Assembly (NCBI GenBank): GCA_963726435.1
Contig: CAVSCJ010000004.1
Coordinates: forward strand, 209,214 to 273,213
Direction of reading: 5' to 3'
Origin: an uncultured Coriobacteriia bacterium
GTDB lineage: Bacteria > Actinomycetota > Coriobacteriia > Anaerosomatales > PALSA-660
Length of the DNA: 64,000 bases
Part shown: positions 57,794-64,000 of the stretch, piece by piece
How the letters are laid out: each line of letters begins with the position of its first letter
Position numbering within the stretch: position 1 is the stretch's first letter
The notes under the pieces: generated by a model
What the model saw: the letters and a program-made list of their open reading frames with translations, nothing else
The model's database searches: none
Told to the model about the DNA's origin: nothing
Made by a program: the position numbers and the translations under genes

Positions 57794-59434
57794 CTAGCGC
57801 GCGGGCCGTACGCTCTCTATCGCCGTGGCCAGGTCGGCGGAGGGCGGAAGAGGAAGCATGGCCGCGATGCCGGCCCGTTCCAGCCGCTCGACCACCGACT
57901 CGTTGGCTCGGCAGAGAACCACGCGGATCCCGCGCTTGCCCAGCGTTTCCAGCACCTCCTGGAGACTCGACAGACCCGTCAGGTCCACGAAGGGCACTCG
58001 CGCGAGCGAGATGATCAGCGCGTCCGGCTCGGTGTGAGTGTGGAGCAACGCCTGCTCGAACTGATCCACCGCCCCGAAGAAGAAGGGCCCGCGGACGGTG
58101 TAGACCAGCACGCCATGCGGAACGTCGGGCGCCCCCTCGTCCGGCAGTGCAGCCGCCAACTCGTCGTCCTCCAGCTGACGGACCTCCACCGCTGAAGACA
58201 TCCGCCGCAGGAAGTTCAGCATCGCGAGGATGATGCCGACCTCGACGGCGAGGACCAGGTCGGTGAAGATGGTCAGCCACATCGTGATGAACATCACCGC
58301 GACGTCGGTCTTCGGCGCGCGGAGCGCGATGCGCCCGACGTGACGGATCTCGCTCATGTTGAACGCCACGACGAACAGGATCGCAGCGAGTGCGGCGAGC
58401 GGGACGTTGTATGCGAGCGGAGCGAGCGCGACGAGCACGAGCACGATGACGGCGGCGTGGACGATGCCCGCGAGCGGGCTGTTGCCGCCGTGCCGCACGT
58501 TGGTGGCGGTGCGGGCTATCGCGCCCGTCGCCGCGAAACCTCCGAAGAGCGAGGATGCCACGTTCGCGATGCCTTGGCCGATGAGCTCATGGTTGGAGTC
58601 GTGCCTGGTCCCCGTCATCCCGTCCGCCACCGTCGCCGACAGCAGCGACTCGATCGCTCCGAGCATCGCTATCGCGAACGCGGGCTGCACAAGGTTCAGG
58701 GCGAGGTTGACCGAGAAGTGAGGCAAGGTCAGCGGAGGCAAGCCGAGAGGGACGCCTCCGAAGGTCGAGCCGATGGTGGCGACGCCGGGAAGGCGCCAGA
58801 CGCTCTGCACGATCGTAGCGGCCACGAGCGCGACCAGAGGAGCCGGGATCTTGCCGATCTTCGGGATGTGCGGCCAGGCGACAAGGACGGCGATGCTGGC
58901 CACTCCGATCAGAGCCGTGGTGGGGTGTAGCTGCGGCATCGAGGCGATCAGGGCGAACAGCTTCTCGTGGAAGTGTTCGCCGACAGGCTTCGGCAACCCG
59001 AAGAACGCGTCCCACTGCCCGACCCAGATCACTACCGCGATGCCGGCGGTGAACCCGAGGATGACCGACTCGGGGATGTAGCGGATGACCCCGCCCATCT
59101 TCGCCAGCCCGAACGCGAGCAGCATGACGCCGGCCATGAGCGTGACCATCTGGAGGCCCGAGAACCCGTAGCGGGCCGTGACGCCGGCGAGCAGCACGGC
59201 GAAGGCGCCCGTCGGTCCGGCGATCTGGACGCGGCTGCCGCCGAACAGGGTGACCGCGAGCCCGGCGACTAGGGCGGTGTACAGGCCGTTCTCCGGCTTG
59301 GCGCCAGATGCGACGGCGAAGGCCATCGCGAGAGGGAGGGCGACGATGCCGACGATGAGCCCTCCGGTGAGGTTCCTCATCCAGTTGTCGCGCTTGAGCA
59401 GTCCGGCGCGCCAGGCTTCTATGATCGCGGGCAT
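57794..59434 (-). CDS. SulP-family anion transporter with C-terminal STAS domain
   Basis: 546-aa ORF. Polytopic N-terminal domain and a STAS-like tail (VLVYTVRGPFFFGAV...VDLTGLSSL). Confidence 0.92.
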   Translation of the reverse strand: MPAIIEAWRAGLLKRDNWMRNLTGGLIVGIVALPLAMAFAVASGAKPENGLYTALVAGLAVTLFGGSRVQIAGPTGAFAVLLAGVTARYGFSGLQMVTLMAGVMLLAFGLAKMGGVIRYIPESVILGFTAGIAVVIWVGQWDAFFGLPKPVGEHFHEKLFALIASMPQLHPTTALIGVASIAVLVAWPHIPKIGKIPAPLVALVAATIVQSVWRLPGVATIGSTFGGVPLGLPPLTLPHFSVNLALNLVQPAFAIAMLGAIESLLSATVADGMTGTRHDSNHELIGQGIANVASSLFGGFAATGAIARTATNVRHGGNSPLAGIVHAAVIVLVLVALAPLAYNVPLAALAAILFVVAFNMSEIRHVGRIALRAPKTDVAVMFITMWLTIFTDLVLAVEVGIILAMLNFLRRMSSAVEVRQLEDDELAAALPDEGAPDVPHGVLVYTVRGPFFFGAVDQFEQALLHTHTEPDALIISLARVPFVDLTGLSSLQEVLETLGKRGIRVVLCRANESVVERLERAGIAAMLPLPPSADLATAIESVRPAR

Positions 59435-59555
59435 GCGGGGTCAAGTCCCAGGGTCAGTGGGTGGGCAAAGGCGTGGCTCAACACCCTACCATCGGAAGTC
59501 GTCGTTCGAGGGCCGCAAACCGCACGTCTGGGGTGCGATTCGGGGATCGGCGCGC

Positions 59556-60038
59556 CTACAGTCCGAGCGCTCTGCGCTTGTCGACTATCGCCGCGACGTG
59601 GCTCTCGAGGTGGCGGATCGTGTGCAGGAAGAGGCGGCGCAGCGTCACGAGGCCGATCTCACTGTGGATGGCTTCGCGCTCCCAGGCCGACGCGTCGACG
59701 CGGCGCAGGTCGGCGGACATCTGCTCGCGCGTGATCTCGATCAGACGCAGATCGAGGTCGAGATCGCGCTCCGCGTACTTGAGCGCCTCGAGGTACGTGA
59801 TCCCGTCGACGCCCATGAGAAGCGGCCGGTCGGTGGCGATCGTCCGCTTCATGCGGTCAGCCATGAACTGGTCGGCGTCAACGATGTGGCAGACGACTTC
59901 CTGCGACGACATCTTGCCGGCGATCGGGTGAGCCGCCAGCTGCTCGGGGGTCATGTCGGCCACGGCGTCGCGCAGGAGCGCGGTGCCGGCCAGGTAGCGC
60001 TCGATCAGATCGGCGGGCGAAGCGGTCGCGTCATCCAT
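59556..60038 (-). CDS. DinB-family (four-helix metalloenzyme-like) protein
   Basis: Trimmed to ATG 60038. H..(n)..H pattern (VVCHIVDADQF ... HTIRHLESH). Confidence 0.75.
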   Translation of the reverse strand: MDDATASPADLIERYLAGTALLRDAVADMTPEQLAAHPIAGKMSSQEVVCHIVDADQFMADRMKRTIATDRPLLMGVDGITYLEALKYAERDLDLDLRLIEITREQMSADLRRVDASAWEREAIHSEIGLVTLRRLFLHTIRHLESHVAAIVDKRRALGL

Positions 60039-60079
60039 GAGTGCCCTCTCGACTCGCGTCCGGTCGCCGGACGCCACGG

Positions 60080-61285
60080 CTAGCAGCTCCCCGGCGCGGC
60101 GCACGGGGCCGAACGCTCGAACTCGGGAGCCGCCTCTATCCGGCCGACGAGGACTGAACGGTCGGTCTCAGCGTGCAGCAGGCAGGTCAGGTCCTCGGCC
60201 ATCGGGTCGCCGGTGCGCTGCCACGCCTTCGCGCGACAGCCGCGGCAGATGCGCGAGTACTCGCACGCGTCGGGCGCGCAGACGCCCTTCGACTCCTGCA
60301 CGTCTAGCTTGTACAGCTCGGCGACGGCCTCTTGCAGCGACATCTCGCGGACGTTGCCGATCGTCCAGTCTTGGGCGAACTGGCAGGGCATGATGCCGCC
60401 CTCGGAGTTGATGTTCATGTGGCCCTTGCCGACTGGGCACGCGCTGATGACCTTCAGGCGCTCGAGCCCGTTGCTCACGTCTATGCCGCGCTCCATGAAG
60501 CGCTCGGCGACGTAGGGGATGAACGACGGCATCGCGCCGATGTCCCATTCGAACCCCTTCGCGCCGCTTTCCTGCCCCGCGACGAGGTCCTCGATGATGA
60601 AGTCGGCCAGCTCGCGCCATTGCGTGGCGGTGATGCGGCCGTCGTCCTCGCCCTCGCTGCGGCCGGCAGTGATCAGGTCGCAGAAGTAGATGAGGCCGAC
60701 GCCCAGTTCGCGCGCCTCGGCGATGAGGTCGTAGATGTAGGGCCAGGTTGTCTTGCTGATCGCCGTCTTGATGGCGACGCCGACGCCCTCCTCACGCAGG
60801 ACCCTGATGGCCTCGATGACGCGGCGGCGCGTGCCGGGCACGCCGACCATGGCGTCGTGGAACTCGTCGGGCCCGTAGAGGGAGGTCGCGATCCAGTCGA
60901 TTCCGTTGGACTTGAGCCGACGGGCGGCATCGCGGTCGATCATCGTGCAGTTCGTCGAGACGGTGACCCGGATGCCGTAGCCGCGGGCGCGCTCGAGGAT
61001 CTCCCAGAAGTTGCGGCGGATCATCGGCTCGCCACCGGAGAGGAAGAGCGCCGGAAGGCCGCGCTCGCCCATCTGGTCGACCAGCGCGAGCGTCTCCTCA
61101 TCGGTCAGCTCGTTCGGGCGCACGTGGGCGTCGGCGGCCATGTAGCAGTGGTCGCATAGCAGGTTGCATCGGTTGGTGATGTTCCAGATGACGTCGCTCG
61201 GACGGCCGAGCTTGAAGGCGGTGATCGCCTTGTTCTCGACGTCGGCGAGAGGTCCCTGGAAGAAGAGCGAACGTACGTGGGCCAT
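60080..61285 (-). CDS. radical SAM protein with C-terminal SPASM-type Cys-rich domain
   Basis: Trimmed to ATG 61285 (AGGAG upstream). NITNRCNLLCDHCY CX3CX2C motif, SGGEP, and C-terminal CPVG..MPC...C..C....C..C cysteines. Confidence 0.85.
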   Translation of the reverse strand: MAHVRSLFFQGPLADVENKAITAFKLGRPSDVIWNITNRCNLLCDHCYMAADAHVRPNELTDEETLALVDQMGERGLPALFLSGGEPMIRRNFWEILERARGYGIRVTVSTNCTMIDRDAARRLKSNGIDWIATSLYGPDEFHDAMVGVPGTRRRVIEAIRVLREEGVGVAIKTAISKTTWPYIYDLIAEARELGVGLIYFCDLITAGRSEGEDDGRITATQWRELADFIIEDLVAGQESGAKGFEWDIGAMPSFIPYVAERFMERGIDVSNGLERLKVISACPVGKGHMNINSEGGIMPCQFAQDWTIGNVREMSLQEAVAELYKLDVQESKGVCAPDACEYSRICRGCRAKAWQRTGDPMAEDLTCLLHAETDRSVLVGRIEAAPEFERSAPCAAPGSC

Positions 61286-61483
61286 TGCGGTGCGACTCCT
61301 AGAAGTCCTCGCGCCCCGCGCTCGGCGGGGCTCGGTTGTGAGCATGTGAATGCTAGCACGGGTCGCGCGTGGGGTGCGCGCGGAGCCGGCGGCCGGGCGG
61401 GACGGGCGGCCGGAGCTACCGTGCCCGGGAGGGGGATGATGCATCGTGTCACCCCGACCGCATGACGAAGGGAGTCGACTCCC

Positions 61484-61966
61484 GTGGCCCCCGCATCCAA
61501 CAGCGACCCGACAGCCCCAACGCTGGCCGAGCGTCTGCGTCTCGACGTCGATCGCCGGTGGCTGTTCGCGATCGCGGGCGCCGTCTGGACGGGTGTCGGT
61601 CTGCTACTGCTCGGATACGCCGTGACTTGGCTCGCGCCGGTGTCGATACCGCTCGAGATCGAGTTGGGCATCGCGGGGCTGGCGGTAGCCGCCGTGTTCG
61701 TTCGCTTCCTGTTCCACGGCATCGTGAGCAAGAACATCGCGCGCATCGAGGGCGGGCCCGCGCGCGCGAGCGCGTTCTCCTTCCAGGGGTGGAGGAGCTA
61801 CCTGGTGACCGTGTTCATGATCGTCCTGGGTGTAGTGCTCAAGCGCTCGCCGATCCCGAAGCCCGACCTGGCGGTCATGTATCTGGGTGTCGGCGTAGCG
61901 CTGCTTCTGACCAGCGGGCTGTACCACCGGCACTTGTTCAAGACGCGGCGGGGCGCGAGGGAGTAG
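61484..61966 (+). CDS. hypothetical 4-TM membrane protein
   Basis: 160-aa ORF with GTG start and four hydrophobic segments. Confidence 0.55.
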   Translation: MAPASNSDPTAPTLAERLRLDVDRRWLFAIAGAVWTGVGLLLLGYAVTWLAPVSIPLEIELGIAGLAVAAVFVRFLFHGIVSKNIARIEGGPARASAFSFQGWRSYLVTVFMIVLGVVLKRSPIPKPDLAVMYLGVGVALLLTSGLYHRHLFKTRRGARE

Positions 61967-62085
61967 GGCCGTCCGACACCGAATCGTGGTTTGACTGGCC
62001 TCCGTTCGGCCGCCACTGTTGACGCGACGGGTGACACGATCGTCATGGGGGGAGCCCGGCTCGCCAGTTGGGTCGAGGGGGGTTC

Positions 62086-63276
62086 ATGCAGCGACACTCG
62101 CGTCTCTGTCTCGCGCTCGTGTGCGCCGCGGGCCTTCTTCTTGCGTTGGTCTCGGGCTGCACGGTTCCGCCCTCGGAGTCTGCCTCGCCTGCTCCTCCAT
62201 CTACGCCTGCCACTCTGTCCACCGAGCCGGGAACGGTCGGCCCGAACGAAGGGGATTACCGGCCATCCGCGAATGACCTCCTGCTCGATGTGCGCGTCGA
62301 CAGTGTGGACAGTGGCCTCGCCACAGTCACAGTGGAACTGCGGAACATCACGGACGCCCCGCTGGTCTTCTTGCCTGAGCAGGCGGTCTGCCGTCTGGCG
62401 GTTCGACGTCCAGGCGAGGCCTCGCCCTCTATCGTCACTTCTGTGGCTGTCGGCTATCAGGGCTGGGGCGACCCAGTCAGCGCGAAGCGTCGGCTGACGA
62501 TCTGGCCCTACGAGTTCCTGACCGGGACTGCTACTCTGCGACTCACAGGGGCGGACCTGTTCACGGTCGTCGGGTCGATGCCGGCGATCCCGGGGGTCGA
62601 ATCGATGCCGACGCGGGCGGCCGTTCGCGGCGACCTCTCGGGCACCCTCGAGGACGGGGAGTACGCCTCGAGCTTCGATGCAGACGGCTGGGGTACTGCG
62701 GGAACGGTGAGTGGTGCGGTGTCCGAGTTCGCATCGGCAGATCCGACCCGTGCGATCTCTTCCAGGTGTACATGCGCAGAGGGCGAGCGTCTCGACGCGA
62801 ACGTCTACTGCCGCGCGAATTCCGGGATCAGACTCGTCGCTCGTGCTCCCGACGCGCGAGGACGTGCAACGGGTGTTGGGAACGGTACCGCGGACTCAGG
62901 GCGACAGCGCGCACCGCTGGCCGCATCGGCAGCGGCGGGTCGCGATGCCGGCCGATCATGGCTGACTGGCCTGGCAGGACTATTGGAGCGCGACTCGATT
63001 CCACTCGACGGGCACGGCGTTATGGACTACGTAGCGCCGTCTGCTGGCGTCTACGTCCCTAGCCGTGTTCAGCGAGGGCAGCACAGCGCACGGCAGAGCC
63101 GTATGCAGCTGAACTGGACAGTTGACTCCGATCTCAGGATCGCGCGAACATGGGTGCAAGAATCGCCGGCGTGCGGCGCAGAGCACGGTCCTCGGGGACG
63201 GTCCGGATCGCGTCGACCGTGTGGACGGCTACGTCGTGAGCGCCAAGAAGGACCAGTCACTGGTGGCACTGGGTGA
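62086..63276 (+). CDS. lipoprotein; only about the first 225 codons look protein-like, the remainder is doubtful
   Basis: ATG 62086 (GAGGGGGG upstream). Lipobox LALVSGC. After about 62760 the frame turns Arg/Gly-rich, while the other two frames carry protein-like stretches. Confidence 0.5.
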   Translation: MQRHSRLCLALVCAAGLLLALVSGCTVPPSESASPAPPSTPATLSTEPGTVGPNEGDYRPSANDLLLDVRVDSVDSGLATVTVELRNITDAPLVFLPEQAVCRLAVRRPGEASPSIVTSVAVGYQGWGDPVSAKRRLTIWPYEFLTGTATLRLTGADLFTVVGSMPAIPGVESMPTRAAVRGDLSGTLEDGEYASSFDADGWGTAGTVSGAVSEFASADPTRAISSRCTCAEGERLDANVYCRANSGIRLVARAPDARGRATGVGNGTADSGRQRAPLAASAAAGRDAGRSWLTGLAGLLERDSIPLDGHGVMDYVAPSAGVYVPSRVQRGQHSARQSRMQLNWTVDSDLRIARTWVQESPACGAEHGPRGRSGSRRPCGRLRRERQEGPVTGGTG

Positions 63277-63943
63277 ACCGATTGGTGTCCCCTACGACAT
63301 GCGAGCGCAGCGTCCGCAAGGCCGGGGAAGAACGACGAAGTCCGAGAAGGGCGAGATCGATGCGAGTTCGCTCTCGATCGAGGCGACGAGCACGCGACGC
63401 TACACGATCACCGTGGACGTGTCTCCATACGCCGACCCGTGCGGGATTCAGCGGCAACTACCTGCTCTCTTGGTGGATCAGGGAAGCGCGTGCAGCGTCG
63501 AGGCGACTCCGGATCAGACTGGACGCCGACGGGATACTGGACGATCACGAGGACGCGTAACGGACTCAGACGGGCCGCGGGCTTCGCGGGCAGGAAGGTG
63601 CTACTCGGGGCGTTCGACAGCGACGGCATGGTGGGACCCCGGGAGCGTGACCCAGGACTTCGGGCGCAACGGCTCATTCAGTCATCGCTGGGCAAGGGAC
63701 GGGACCAAGGACGCCACGGGTGACGACGACGCTCACGAGCATCATGGTCTGGGTCGCAGCGAATGATGGATTCGTGCCGTGCTATGTCGATGTGTATCCA
63801 CCCTTGGACCCCTCGGGGTTTCGCCACCCATAGCCGAACGGTTCCGGCCTGCGCGCGGTCTGGAGCGATTCCCGTTCTCGCGCAACCATGCGGGGACGCC
63901 TCCCCGCCTCCCGGGTACAGTCCCCGGAGGAGGTGCCACCGTC

Positions 63944-64000
63944 ATGGAACACATCGAACTGCACTCACTCACCGACACGGTCGAGATCGCGCCGGGCATC
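63944..64000 (+). CDS. 5' end of an unidentified gene running off the window
   Basis: ATG 63944 with GGAGGAGG 9 nt upstream. Translation begins MEHIELHSLTDTVEIAPGI... Confidence 0.45.
   Translation, partial: MEHIELHSLTDTVEIAPGI

Noticed and set aside
61286-61483. RiPP precursor peptide next to the radical SAM/SPASM gene.
   Set aside because: Translation of both strands gives only Arg/Pro-rich fragments continuous with shadow ORFs. There is no SD-preceded short ORF with a leader/core-like sequence.

Overview
This is a gene-dense, visibly high-G+C chromosomal segment (composition not computed) that is mostly housekeeping. It looks actinobacterial: a PafB/PafC-like WYL regulator pair, a DUF5679-type mini zinc ribbon, a TIGR01906/Lit-like membrane protein, a 6C-like RNA candidate, and an rpsF-ssb-rpsR-rplI-dnaB block. 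The gene content suggests an anaerobe: FeoAB, rubrerythrin, Fe-S L-serine dehydratase, several radical-SAM/Fe-S proteins. Both the taxon and the lifestyle are inferences. I call about 65 protein genes, one tRNA-Gly(CCC) and several RNA or regulatory candidates. I found no transposase, integrase, CRISPR array, toxin-antitoxin pair or recognisable defence island. I do not see a convincing novel multi-gene system. The observations most worth a second look are these. (1) msrA has an in-frame TGA exactly at the catalytic Cys codon, followed by a SECIS-like hairpin, making it a candidate selenoprotein that the ORF track splits. (2) A yybP-ykoY (Mn2+) riboswitch-like leader precedes the P-type ATPase. 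(3) A structured intergenic region next to the pafBC-like genes carries two C-rich hairpin loops plus a terminator-like hairpin, resembling 6C RNA. (4) A RecA-NDp/PafBC-type promoter-like motif sits flush against a probably leaderless dinG. (5) Reading-frame lesions are very unevenly distributed. There are at least 13 frameshifts between 21.0 and 24.4 kb, nine of them in trkH. Single lesions, including one in-frame TAG, are scattered elsewhere. These are either genuine pseudogenisation or, more likely, insertion-biased assembly error, and they create false long ORFs in the track. The six-frame track is otherwise dominated by high-GC shadow ORFs, which I ignored. All similarity statements come from remembered motifs; no search was run.
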